From NCBI RefSeq assembly GCF_006345805.1, contig NC_043009.1, positions 3,658,001 through 3,722,000 on the forward strand: a DNA stretch of 64,000 bases. The letters are read 5' to 3'. Within the stretch, counting starts at the first letter, position 1. Each line of letters begins with the position of its first letter. Positions 39,191 through 52,490 of the stretch are shown here, piece by piece. The position numbers and the translations under genes were made by a program. The notes under the pieces are model-generated. The model did not search any database. It was not told the DNA's origin and worked only from the letters and a program-made list of their open reading frames with translations. This DNA is from Octopus sinensis. Taxonomy: Eukaryota.

Positions 39191-40997
39191 TGTTTCTTTA
39201 TTAGCCACACAGGCTGCACACAGATAGAACAAATTACAAGTAGAGCTTTTCTTTTGAAGGTTTAAAAATGAAAAATAAAAAATAAAATAAAAATAAAAAA
39301 TAAAATAAAAATAAAAAAAAAGGGGGAGTCGATCAAAAGGGATCGTAAAAGGAGAGAAAGAGGACAAAAAAGGGGGGGTTAAAAAAAAGGGGGAGAGAAA
39401 AAATGATCAATAGGGATCGTTATCACAGAAATGTCAATATGAAGTGTAAAGGGGAGGACTGGTGAGGTTTACCCGTGGAAAGAAAAGCCTACGGAAAAGA
39501 CCACGGTAACCTCGGTCAATGAAGTCACATGTTATATTTCTTTTTTTTTTTTGCAAATAAGCAACTCTCTGTATTAATTTTTACGGTTCATAGAATCATA
39601 GTCAAGGTGGCTTCGTCATTCATACGTGCCATCCTTGCTACATTCACCCATCTTTTTTAAAAACATTCACTAGACAAAACTTGCCTCTCTACTCTCACTT
39701 TTTTCTTCAAGTGATACTTGAAGAAGTTGATGAGAGATTGACCAGAGAGGAAAGTGTTTGTCTCTAATCCTTTCAGACGCGTCCACCAGATACATTCTTT
39801 CGCCATAGCCACAAGTATGATAAAAATAGCTCTTCCTTCCCGTTTGAAGGAAGGAGGCGTGACGATATTAACGATAGACTCGGCTGATAAACCGACACGT
39901 CCCACACGTGACAGCAGTCGTTCGACATAAGCCCACAGGTGGGAAATTGCTGGACACTGCACGATTGCGTGCAGAGCGGTTTCTCGCTCTGGCCGCATCT
40001 CGGGCAGGTCGGCCCCGTGTTTCTCGAGCCATGCCTATAGAGCTTATCCCGAACGGGTAGCGCTTCTCGGTAGCACCGCCAGGCCAGGGATCTCTGGAAG
40101 TTGTCCATAGGTCCCCGGCCGAAAGTCGTTTGAAACAGGCGGGTCAGGTATTCTCTCGTCGACGCCCAGGTTTGCCCCGAGCTCGTCGTCGTACCTCCCC
40201 TCCACTAATCCCCTATAGAATGCTTTGGTTGTGTTGAAGTCACTCAAGGTCGACCCGGGACGGCAGAGTTGCTTGAGAGCAACGCGACACTCGCGGTGCC
40301 ATTCGCCCTTCTTCGGCCTCTTTTTGATCCACGACTGTAGTTCGGTCATGGAGACGAGTTGCGGGAATGCGTGCCTCACAAACGGCGACCACACCTGTTC
40401 ACCGTCGTCTACATAGAGCCGGAGATGTCGCAGTCTCAGCGCGTGTCTGCGCATCATCAACCACGGCATGCCCAGCCCTCCTTTTAACGGGTGTTGACAG
40501 CAAATGGATCGCCTGACCATCGGGACGCATCCTTTCCACAAGAAGCGGAAGAGGATGCGTTCTAGTTTGGTGATGGTAGGGTCGGGACAGGTACGACGGT
40601 CAGGCGGTAGTAGATGATGGACGCGATGTACGCGTTCACCACCTCCGCCCGACCTTTTAGGGACAGTTTCCTCTCGGCCCATTGCTGGGCGAGAGTGACC
40701 ACCCTACTCGTTATCTCGTTCCAGTTCTTCTCCATTTGGAGGTCCGGACCGAACCAGACCCCGAGCAACTCAACCGGGCCGTCTGTCCAGCGTCCCACGA
40801 CGGAGGTACTGGTGGACGGCATGGGCTTGCTTCTCCAGGTGCCGAGCCGCAAGCCCACTGACTTTTCCCGGTTGATTTTTGCTCCTCACCGCTTCGTAGT
40901 CTTTCAGTGTCTCGCCGACCCGCTCGATGTGCTCGTGGCTTGACACTATGACGGTGACGTCGTCCGCGTATGCAGACACGCTCGTCCCGCATCCTAG
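39191..40997 (-). mobile_element. Tx1-clade LINE copy 3, 5'-truncated at the RT catalytic motif
   Basis: SAYADDVT...KINREKS...LSLKGRAEVVN...GGLGMP...zinc finger CPRC..H..QC; several frameshifts; same 3' UTR and terminus as copy 1. Confidence 0.93.
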
Positions 40998-41001
40998 AGG
41001 A

Positions 41002-41084
41002 TGATAGAGGTAGATAGATAGAAAGAGAACTAGATAGATAGATAGAAAGAAAGAGAGAGAGAGGTAGATAGATAGAAAGAGAAC

Positions 41085-41156
<72 letters not shown>

Positions 41157-41240
41157 CAGAGAGATAGATAGATAAAGAGATAGCTACACAGACAGACAGA
41201 TAGATAGATAAATAAATAAATAGATAGATACAAACATACA
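41002..41240. repeat. (GATA)n/(GA)n array at the 5' junction of Tx1 copy 3
   Basis: Directly visible. Confidence 0.9.
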
Positions 41241-41857
41241 TACAACATTGAGTTAGTTATGCAGTGGCATGACCATGTGGTTCAGAGATCCGCGTAGTTT
41301 CTAGTACTCTCGGGGACACTTTGTTAATTACTACTACATACGATCTAGGTCAAGAAATGCAGTGTGTGTGTGAAACATGAATGGAGACTATACAGAAGCC
41401 CACAAATATATATATACGTGTGTGTTTTTGTGTGAGTGAGTGTGCGTGCATGTTTTTGTGTTGACGCACACAAATATGTACGTGTATGAATGTTTGTATA
41501 TACATGGATATATGTGCTCATATATATATATGTACATATATTATGTATATATGTATATATATATATGTGTATGTGTGTGTGTGTGTGCTCATATATATAT
41601 ATGTACATATATATATATATATATGTATATGTATATACATTGATGCTTACCTACATACATATATATATATATATATATAAACCCTTAATTACTTAGTATT
41701 ACACTATATATATATATACATATATATATTAAGGTATGTAGAAAAATACAACATGGACAAGAACGTATAACTCATAGAAGACGATACAATAAACATGGAC
41801 AGGACATTCGAACCCCTCAGTCTTCAGTCAAGAACCGGATCATCGTAGTAATTTCGG

Positions 41858-41921
<64 letters not shown>

Positions 41922-42889
41922 GATGCATACCTACACACTCACATATATATATATATCTCCACACACACACACACTCACATTACCAAGGCATCTCGGCGTT
42001 GCCCGGCGTTATGACTTACAGCCGCATAGTATTAATTGTTCCTTTCATATGGGCAGAATCAGCACCGCTGATATATAGTGTGTCGCAAACTAGGTATTGC
42101 TTCGTCGTATAAAAGTGTTTTATTTCGATTTTGCCCAGAAATAACGTTTTCAAAATTTTAATTTCCTCCCGTCCTCACCGCAATTTCTTAATTTGTAACT
42201 TGTTCGATATTTTATCTTTAAGAAAATTACAGAGTTTACGAATCTGGGAAATATATTTTTTTTAAAGTTTAATTTTTGCTAAAGTTTAAAGTTTAATTTT
42301 TACTCAATGCACTCGCCCTCCCATCACCTACCCGCTTTGAAAAAGCTAAAATCATCCAATGGTCCACTTTCGTCTGATGTTTCACGCATGCGTAGAATTG
42401 TACGGAAATAGCCGAAGTAAAAATATCAGCCCACTACCAGAAAATCCGACATGCTAGAAACAACAGGGGAATCTAGTTTCCATTATAATTGAATGTGGAC
42501 GGTCTTGTAAAGGTTTGCTCTCTTAGATTTTTATCTTTTAAGAAATAAATTTGAGTAAACCTTTACAAGACGCCAGTTTAAAAAAGAAAAGACGCCAGCG
42601 TAAAAGAGCAGCAGTACTAAAGGAATGGTGAGAGAAACAGCAAAGTAAAGTCAATGAACAATATTGTAGACGTGTAGGTGTAGAAAATTAGCATATTTTA
42701 CAGAGTTAATTACTGAAATTACTCATACTTTTAGTTGGTATGTCTAGTATCTTATCAATTCGGTTATCAGAAAATTCCGCGATAGAAATTATAAACAGGA
42801 AGCAAAACATGAAAAATGAATTAAAACTTAGGTGGAAAATCCAGCCTTAATAAATAAATAAATAAAAGAATAAAAGAGAAGTAGTATTT

Positions 42890-43007
<118 letters not shown>

Positions 43008-43701
43008 ATACTGAAAGAATTATGGCATTTGTTTAAAAAAAGAGAAAGACAATGAATAAATGAAAAGGAAAAAGAAGGAACTGAAGGAAGTCAGAAAGAC
43101 AAGCAGAGATAAAGAGCAAAGCAAGAAAAGAAAGTAGTGTCTTATATCTAAGTGTTTGTACTGCGGCCATGCTGGGGCAACACGTCGATGAATTTAGTGG
43201 AACAAATCGATCGTAATACATATTTTTTTCCGTCAAGTATTTATTTTTGTTCTCTTCGGTCGAGTTACAAGGTTATAAACAAAACAAAACGTATCAAGTG
43301 ATCATGGGATACAAAGAGAAATATGAATACACACACACACACATACTCAAACATATTTACGACAAGCTTCCACGTAGTTTCCATCGACCCAATTTACTAA
43401 CAAAACTATTGTTCAGCACATGGCTATAGTAAAAGATCCATACAGAATGTTGCATTGTGGTACTGAATCTGAAACTCCAAGGTTTCGAAGCGAACTTCTT
43501 AACCATACAGCCTTTGCTGAAGTATTAGTTTTGAAATAATAACGGTTAAATCGTTAATCATAAGCAATTTCTAAGAAATTGATTTAAGTATTGTAGTTCT
43601 TGTTGTTTAGCCTCGAGTGATCTTTGATTAAATAGATGACCATCGGAAGACATTTAAGTCAGGACCATCGTCTCCTGGTAGCAGCAATATCTAATATGTT
43701 C

Positions 43702-43931
43702 TTCCATTTTGAAAATAATAATACGTTATTTGAATAAAATTTGGCATTATATCTAGCATGGTTTTCGACTACGCCATGGTGGCCTCGTAGATACTGAGAC
43801 GGTAACGGAAGACCGCCGTCTCCACTTTCCTGTTTTGAAAATAATAAGTCATTTGACTGAAATTTGGTATTATATCTATCATGTCTATCGACTACGCCAT
43901 GGTGGTCTCGTAGATACTGAGACGGTAACGG
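43702..43931. repeat. Two-copy tandem duplication, about 123-126 bp
   Basis: TTTTGAAAATAATA...CGACTACGCCATGGTGG(C/T)CTCGTAGATACTGAGACGGTAACGG occurs twice. Confidence 0.9.
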
Positions 43932-45626
43932 GTAGATCGATTAGTTTTTTTTCTGTTGATGCTTATATGGAACCTGATGCTGTTGTTGTATGTATTTGTT
44001 GAAAAGTATCCTTTGATGATAAAGATCTCTGTTCAAAAGCAATCCTGTCGTTATCATCTCATCTATTCTCTACGTGCAGAAAACCCTTTCCAGTCTGGAG
44101 CTAATCAATCGCATGATCATGGAGATCTATTACTGGTAACCATATAATCCAGTATTAATTAATACTAACTGCTCGTCATCGAGTGTTCGGCAACGAAACT
44201 AGGATCTGATGCCTTACACTAGTAATGTAGATGTTTAAGCATACAGCTGCACTGCAAAACAAAACCTGTCAAAAGATGGTGAGGACCATGGAAGCTAGAA
44301 CCAACCTTATCGGGGAATGTAGGTCGTTATATTCATGATCTCTAGGACAGAAAAAGTGCGCTAATATTTAAATCTATACTAAACAGTGAAGGCCTAGAGG
44401 TCGTAGGTCTGAGAGGAGGGGTTTGATTCAGGAGCCCTAACGGCAGAAATCCTTGTAGCATTTTGCTATATTCATTCCTTAGATAGATATAATCACAAAT
44501 TTCATCGGATCTTATTGATGATACTGATATATGCCAACCTGCATTGTGCTAGTGAGTATTTGATGTTCTTTGATATACATTCATCTCCGGAAATCTGGCA
44601 AAGCTTGAATGGCTGGTAACGTATAACTAATTATATATTAAACATGCAACCTAATCACTTAATTGAACGACAAAACCATTCACACCGATTTCGATTTGGA
44701 CACAGAGTCATATTAACAAACAATTAGCGAAAGAGCGAGGAATCTTCTACGTGGTCACCGAAACCGATACAAATAGGTGACTAATAACTATAAATTCAAA
44801 CTACACCATTTTAAATGACCATTTAGGGTAATGTAGTAATGGGTTACCTGCACGTATGGAAAATAAGAGATAAATACGACTACAAGATGGGGGCACTTTA
44901 CCTATTTATTCGGATGTCACATTCACGATCCTAAGATCATGTCTTCAATTCCCGATCCATGCGATGCGTTGTTCTAGTTCAGTCAACACTAAATGTGTAA
45001 CCCTGCAATGGTTTGGTGCTCCGCTCAGAGTGGGGTTGTTGTGATGATCATGGTCGTTTATGCTCCATAGGAATAACGTAGAACAACGAGGCTTAAGAAT
45101 CGAAACAGTACACTTTATTTTACTCGACTAGATGATCCTCCTGAAATAAGCTTGCTTAGTCAGAGATTGTCTGGGGGTTAAACAACAACAATATCGATAA
45201 ACATAACGACAACAACAAAATCCATGAGAGAACAAAGAAAATCTTTTAGGTCATGAAAATGATACGAAGTGGGTTAACGAATTTGAAAACCCTACCAAAA
45301 ATTAAGGAGTGTGGCTATAAATACGTATATAAATCACACGCATGACGAAGTTTTATAGTTGCTGTCATACTTGCAAGGCAATTATTAGTAAGGAGAAATT
45401 TGTAAAAGGACGATTAGGGACATAAAAGATATTCGGAAGTAGAAGAAAATGTAAGAATGAAAACGTTGATGTGTAAAGAGACAAAGATATTCCTGTTTTA
45501 TATGTATCAATGCTGGCTACTACATACCTGGCCACACAAGTGGAATGCCTACTCCACATCTAAGACTTGGAGACAATCAAATCGTATGAACAACAAAAAC
45601 AACGCCAACGGCAACAGCATCATAAA

Positions 45627-45671
<45 letters not shown>

Positions 45672-45813
45672 GGAGGAGGAGGAGGAGGGGAGAAGAGAAG
45701 AAGAAGAAGAAGAAGAAGAGAAGAAGAAAGAAGAAGAAGAAGAAGAAGAAGAAGAAGAAGAAGAAGAAGAAGAAGAAGAAGAAGAAGAAGAAGAAGAAGA
45801 AGAAGAAGAAGAA
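45627..45813. repeat. Trinucleotide compound microsatellite (GAT)n(GGA)n(GAA)n
   Basis: Directly visible. Confidence 0.95.
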
Positions 45814-46150
45814 ACTATGATAATGATAATAATGATAAAGATAATTTTTTTCATTTATTGGCCACCAGGACATATCGGCGGAGGTGTTGCTGAGAAGTAC
45901 ATGAATTGGGCCTACCCATATTTTTATTCTTACTTGCCAGAATAAAAAAAAGTCACTTTATGCAAAAAAGGATGCATATATACGTTCATACATACTTAGC
46001 TTGTTTCCGATGACGGAATGCTCATTGTACGGACATGCTAGCCTATCACTTGGGATATTCCAGAAACAGCTGTAAGATTCAAATTCACCTTACATAATTA
46101 GACTTTTCTAAATGAATTAAGATAGCCGTCCTGCATTGGTTTTATATATA

Positions 46151-46337
46151 TAACGGGAAGCTTTACGAAAATGAACAAAAGACGAAGGCAGGTGGAGTAC
46201 AAACAAATAATTGTATTAGTATGGCGCTCAGGAATATAAATAAAACAAGTCTTTTAGGTTTCGAGCCTACGCTCTTCAACAGAAAAATACACAGAAAAGA
46301 AACACGGACAGAAACAAGGAGAAGTTAGTGCATCAAC
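46151..46337 (-). mobile_element. Penelope-like pLTR remnant with hammerhead-shaped motif
   Basis: Shares sequence with 31331-31420 and 55562-55734; motif at 46251-46286. Confidence 0.55.
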
Positions 46338-46696
46338 ATATATATATATATATATATATAAGTAAAATAATTGAGATTCAGATGAATTAGATAGTTGAAG
46401 CACCAACATTTAGTGCGATATAATCCGTACAACTTCAAAAAAAGGTGAATAGAAGTCAAATGTATATATAAATGTGTATACAAATATGTCCAACTGATTA
46501 AAAAAATTCTATTTAATTATTCATGCAGCCGAGGATATCCCTGCATTTGCACTGACGTAATGATTGCATTGTTCATTTAAATGGAGCCGCTTGAAACAGT
46601 CGTGCTGCATCACCCCTGAATATCCTATTGCTTATTTTGATTTATATGTATGTGTGTGTGTGTGTGCGCATGTATGTATGATTGTATGTTTGTATT

Positions 46697-46732
<36 letters not shown>

Positions 46733-46791
46733 AACAGTCCCCCCCACACACACACATATATATACACGCATTTATATGAATTTAAAACAGG

Positions 46792-47216
46792 TAGGCGCAT
46801 GAGTGGCTGTGTGGTAAGTAGCGTGCTTACCAACCACATGGTTCCGGGTTCATTCCCACTGCGTGGCACCTTGGGCAAGTGCTTTCTACTATAGCCTCGG
46901 GCAGACCAAATACTTCTTAGTGGATTTGGTAGACGGAAACTGAAAGAAGCCAGTCGTATATATATATACATATATATGTGTGTGTGTGTGTGTGTATGTG
47001 TGTGCGTGTGTATGTTTGTGTGTCTGTGTTTGTTCCCCCAACATCGCTTGACAACCGATGGTGGTGTGTTTACCCCCCCGTAACTTAGCTGTTCGGCAAA
47101 AGCGACCGATAGAATATGTGCTAGGCTTCAAAAAAATAATTCCTGGTGTCAATTTTCTCGACTAAAGGCGGTGCTCCAGCATGGCTGCAGTCAAATACCG
47201 AAACGAGTAAAAGAGT
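46792..47216 (+). mobile_element. tRNA-derived CORE-like SINE
   Basis: Family head and tail with internal TA/TG microsatellite. Confidence 0.9.
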
Positions 47217-47741
47217 ATATATATAAATTTATGTAAATGTTCATATGCATATATATGTGTGCATGTGTGTATACATATATACAAATATATACACACAGCA
47301 TATATACATATATATATGTATATATATATATATACATACATATATATATATGAGGAAGATAGCTTACTATTAACTTTGTAACTATTACTAATGTGCAGGC
47401 GTATGGTCATTTCACTAATAATAACAATAATAATGATAATAATAACAATGGAAAGAATAATAAATATTTGAACTCAGTTGGAACAGAAGTAATATCCATG
47501 GTTTTCTCCTCAAGGTCTTATATTCTTTTGAGTAAATTTCCTTTCTATTTGCTTTAGAAGCACACACACACACACACACACGTACATACACACACACACA
47601 CGTACATACACACACAACACACACACAGAAGCACATTAGTGCGTACAGAAACACACAAATACACATGCATTCTTTTTTTTGTCTCTCTCTTACTTTACAG
47701 TATTTCTCCTTCTCGTATGTGGCAAATGTGTGTGTATACAC

Positions 47742-47791
<50 letters not shown>

Positions 47792-48149
47792 ATGCATATC
47801 ATTCATTAATGAATATGTATGTTCATGTACATCTATATGGCCACACACAAACTAAAATGGAGAATGCAAAAAAAGACAATTTATGGAAAAGTATTTAAAC
47901 GAACTTAAATGCCCTACAATATGGTGGCACGGAAGTGACAAATTCAACAAACGTAAGATAAATATAAATTAACGATCTGGACATCTCCATAGACTCCGAG
48001 TTGAACAGGAGATAAGTGACATCTAACGGTTACCCAAATGTGTTTCAGCTTAGTGATCGTGCCTCCGGAGAAGGCCATAAATTCTTGTGTGTATGAAAAA
48101 TCATACACAAGCACAGATGTATATAGACTCTACTGTGTGTTTATATATC

Positions 48150-48192
<43 letters not shown>

Positions 48193-49185
48193 ACATACAT
48201 ATATATATATATTATATATATTATATACTATATATATATATACATATATATATATATACATACACATAGATATATATACATAATATATATATATACGTAT
48301 ATATACATATGTATATATATATATATATCTATATATATATATATACATATGTATATACAATATACCTCACACCGACACACATATATACACAGACACACAC
48401 GCAAACACACCACCAAACACACACACACACATATTTATATATACAGATATTTATGTATGTGAGTGATTGTGTTCGTCTGGGTATTTTTATGTGTGTGTAT
48501 GTGTGAAAAACTTTTAGGAAAATATCCTTGATACATACACGACATTTGATGAAATATTTTCCCAAGTTCGAAAGTATAATATTGAAAAAAACATCATTAT
48601 AAGAAAAACAAAGCAGGACGGTGATGCCACAGACCAGTTGGAAGTAACTTTGCGCATCATGTTGGGTGTTTTTACTATGTACATCAAATACACGCGTTAT
48701 GTTATATAAACATACATACAACACACACACACACACACACACCACAACACATACACACACACACATGCACTGAGAGATAAATATCATTTAATGTACACAG
48801 GGCTTAATAAAGGGCTTCTAATAATTCCATACCGTTGATATATTAGTACGCAATGTTTCCAATTCTTGTGAGTCAATGCATTCCGTTAGCCGTATCTGAA
48901 CTCCACGGCACATGTATATGAAAAATATTGTGGAAAATCTCGAGGAGAATCGTGAAAAGGTGGTGATGCAAACATTGGAAAGAGAAGATGGAATAGAAAC
49001 ATAAGAAAATCAAGATTTGCGTACCTCTTTGTCTGTAGACATCAAAATTAAACTAATTGATGTAGAATAATACAACGAAGGGAAGAAGTTCGTCCATGTA
49101 CTTGCATTTGATAAAAATTTCGGATCTGGAGTTAAGTAGTGTGGAAAATTTTCGGGATGTAAACAGAAAGCGATAACATTCATTT

Positions 49186-49442
49186 ACGTATAGCTTGCAG
49201 TATTTTCACCCATTTATATTTGGTGTAGATTTCTCCACTAGATTGTGTGTGATGTGCAGTTGGTCAATAGAAGCCATACATGGCTAGCGAACTTAGTGGC
49301 TTCAGTTTTATCAACGTATAGCTTGCAGTATTTTGATACATTTATATTTGGTGTAGATATCTCCACTAGATTGTATGTCGTGTGCAGTTGGTCATCAGAA
49401 GCCATACATGGCTAGCCAACTTAGTGGCTTCAGTTTTATCAA
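49186..49442. repeat. 2 x 128-bp tandem duplication
   Basis: ACGTATAGCTTGCAGTATTTT...GTGGCTTCAGTTTTATCA starts at 49186 and 49314. Confidence 0.92.
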
Positions 49443-51007
49443 TGTGGAGGAAGGAAGACCGGTGGTGCGCATAGTGATTTTTAAAATTGCATCGCATGAA
49501 CCGGCGAAATTTTCCTCTTCGATTACGGTATATGGGAGCCATGCTACTATTTCGGGTGCATAAATGATTGATTTTATAAAATGTGCCTGATCGAACGGAC
49601 ACGCTTCAGGGTCTCAACTGTTTCATGTGGGAATGGCCCCTTGATGTGACTGGCGAATGATAATATCCTTCAGCAGATGTGTAAAATTTTTATTGAGGGA
49701 TTATTAAAAACTCTTCCTTTATCTGTGGTTTACTGGAAGATGCTGATAAAATAATACTTCGAATTTCTTGCCTATGTTACATTTAACATTTGAGAAAATG
49801 AGATGAGCCATATTATTTTCCTCTGTGCCTTTTCCTTTATCCATCTTTAATTGAAAAGTTATATGATATAACTCTGAAGCCGGTGTTAGCAAGACCATAG
49901 TTATAGAAAGACGCAACTTAATCAAATATATATATATATATAAATACACACACACATATATATATATGCATACATATGCAAATGTTTATGTATATGTGTT
50001 TGCATGAGTATGTGTGTGTGCATTTGTGTGTATGTGTGGGTGATTATAATGATGCGCTGGCTCTGTCTGCTGAGTTCAGTATCTCTTGTGATCGATACTA
50101 CTTCCGCTATTCCATCCCTGACTTCCATCTTGATTCTTGTTAATTATGCAGTGCGAAACCATGATTCGTAATGAATATACTGTTTTGGATAATGTGTGGC
50201 ACATCTAAAGTTTATATATATATAAAATATATATATTAGTGTTTTGGCACTGAAGTTGTAGTTCTACCACCTGTTGTAAACTTCCCTTATAATCTTGATT
50301 ATCAATTTGAAGATATAAAAAGTATTGAGCTGAATTCGCTAGCACTGTTGCAGCACATCTCAGAGATGCTAACTTTATAATAAATATCTAAGTTGCTTTA
50401 ATATATTTAATATAGGTACCACTTTATATATAATTAGAAATATTTATATATATATATTGAAATGAAAATTCACTAAGCCAGCAAAATAGAAGTCGTTGGA
50501 ATACTGAACACAATGACTTACAGCCAAGAACAAAAAATTGAAGACGCATACCAAAATGTATTACTTGTATGAAACTGCACTTTTCATTTTAATTAAGATC
50601 CAAAGTTTTGCATGTTTCCGTCAGATTGATTTCAATAACACATTTTTCTGTGAAGAATATGCATTTTATAGCGAGTTATATCACGCTGACCCTCTCTGAC
50701 AGGATTTAAAAGCTAATGAGAAATAAGTAGGCAGTAATAAAATAATATATTACGTATTTTGAAATACTGTTTTGATTGTCTCATCACATACGGGAAACAC
50801 CTTACGATATGTTTCCATGATATTATGACCTCATCAGCGTTACATATTCTTACTGAGCTTGGAGAAATAGCAATGGGAGAACGAATACATAAATTCTCAT
50901 TCATCTACTCTGATTGTCATAGGAAAATAGAGTAGTTCAGGAAATAAATGAGGCCAAAACATACCTGGTGTTCCCTCACACTCTTGTCGATCTCAGCAGA
51001 ATAGTAT

Positions 51008-51082
51008 TTACCTCTTTTACTCTTTTACTTGTTTCAATCATTTAACTGCGGTCATGCTGGAGCACCGCCTTTAGTCGAGTAA

Positions 51083-51127
<45 letters not shown>

Positions 51128-51300
51128 CATATATACGACGGGCTTCTTTAAGTTTCCCTCTACCACATCCACTCAAAATACTTTGGTTGGCCCGAGGCTA
51201 TAGTAGAAGACACTTACCCAAAGTGCCACGCAGTGGGACTGAACCCGGAATTATGTGGTTGGTAAGCAAGCTACTTAACACACAGCCACTCATGCGCCTA
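51008..51300 (-). mobile_element. CORE-like SINE with internal deletion
   Basis: Tail joins directly to the (CA)n/(TA)n spacer at about 51080; roughly 140 nt of family body missing. Confidence 0.85.
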
Positions 51301-52269
51301 TGATGATTATTTAGTATTTTTATTTCTGTCTAATTATTCCTAGTCAACTTTCCAATGTTCTCGGCGTATACTCTCGTCAAGAAATATGTTCACGCTAACT
51401 TGATATCAATAATGCTGCCGTAACATTGATATGCCTGTAAATCTATAAATATTTTGCTGACAGTGTACAGCGCAACGATTTGAATTTTGATAAACACTAA
51501 AATAGGTGCAAGAGGTAAACAAGTTTAAATATTTGAAAAGAAATGTTTCTATTGCCACAAACAACTCTATGTGATGGTGCTGAAAAATATTGAAAGACTA
51601 AATATGGTTTGACATATGAACATATTTCCGATAATTCGCTGAAAGGTAAAATCCACAGTTATCACCTTTTACGAAATAAAACTTTAAATCTTTATATCCA
51701 AAAGGTTTCTACAAAGAATCAATACAGCTGCTTTCCAATATTGTCCAGAACTTGCGAAATATAGATGCCATGATGTTTCCGTTGCTGAAAGATTTCCTAA
51801 GATAAATTAGCGTTTTAACTACAAGTGCTTCTATATACAACCGCATATTTTTCCGACAGCAAATTAATGAATATTATGTCGAAATTTTATAATTCAAATC
51901 ATATTTATGTCAAGCTTATCATTTGGAATCTGTTTCTTGTTGAGTTGTAGATTTCATTCCCACCTACTTTGAACTAGCACCTGCTAGATCTTCGAGGGTA
52001 TCCAAAAGAGTCCACTGAATCTCATATCTGAGAAAGGCCTTCATATACTTGAATATTTTTTTTTATTTTATGACGCTGGAGTTATTTGTAATAGGTTTCT
52101 AATAGATTAATCAATAATTTAGGTTTTAACTATATATTTAGAGCGATAATAGAATCTTTGTTTAGCTCAAGTGCAATAAATACCAAGGTGTAACTATATC
52201 AATATATCGGTTTATATATTTCGGTGCCGATACTTATATAATTTGCTAAAACTTATAACACATACATAT

Positions 52270-52277
52270 CTATCTAA

Positions 52278-52354
<77 letters not shown>

Positions 52355-52420
52355 CATCTATCCATCTATCTATCCATCCATCTATCCATTTATCTATCTT
52401 TCCATATATCTATCTTTCCG

Positions 52421-52486
<66 letters not shown>

Positions 52487-52490
52487 CAGC
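52270..52490. repeat. (TATC)n/(CATC)n array with no LINE insertion
   Basis: Directly visible. Confidence 0.95.

Noticed and set aside
41730-41860. Hammerhead at minus-strand CTGAAGA (near 41822)
   Set aside because: No convincing helix II or intact GAAA; probably a PLE-like remnant but the motif cannot be supported.
41980-42010. Minus-strand Helitron 3' end (CTCGGCGTTGCCCGG)
   Set aside because: The hairpin resembles the Helitron terminus but the CTAG end is missing and no 5' TC end was identified.
45457-45945. 162-aa ORF with poly-M and poly-E, and the many IYIY/THTH/YLSI ORFs elsewhere
   Set aside because: These are translations of microsatellites with no non-repetitive coding signal.
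50795-50845. Minus-strand CTGATGA...GAAAC
   Set aside because: Helix II does not close next to the core and helix I does not pair.
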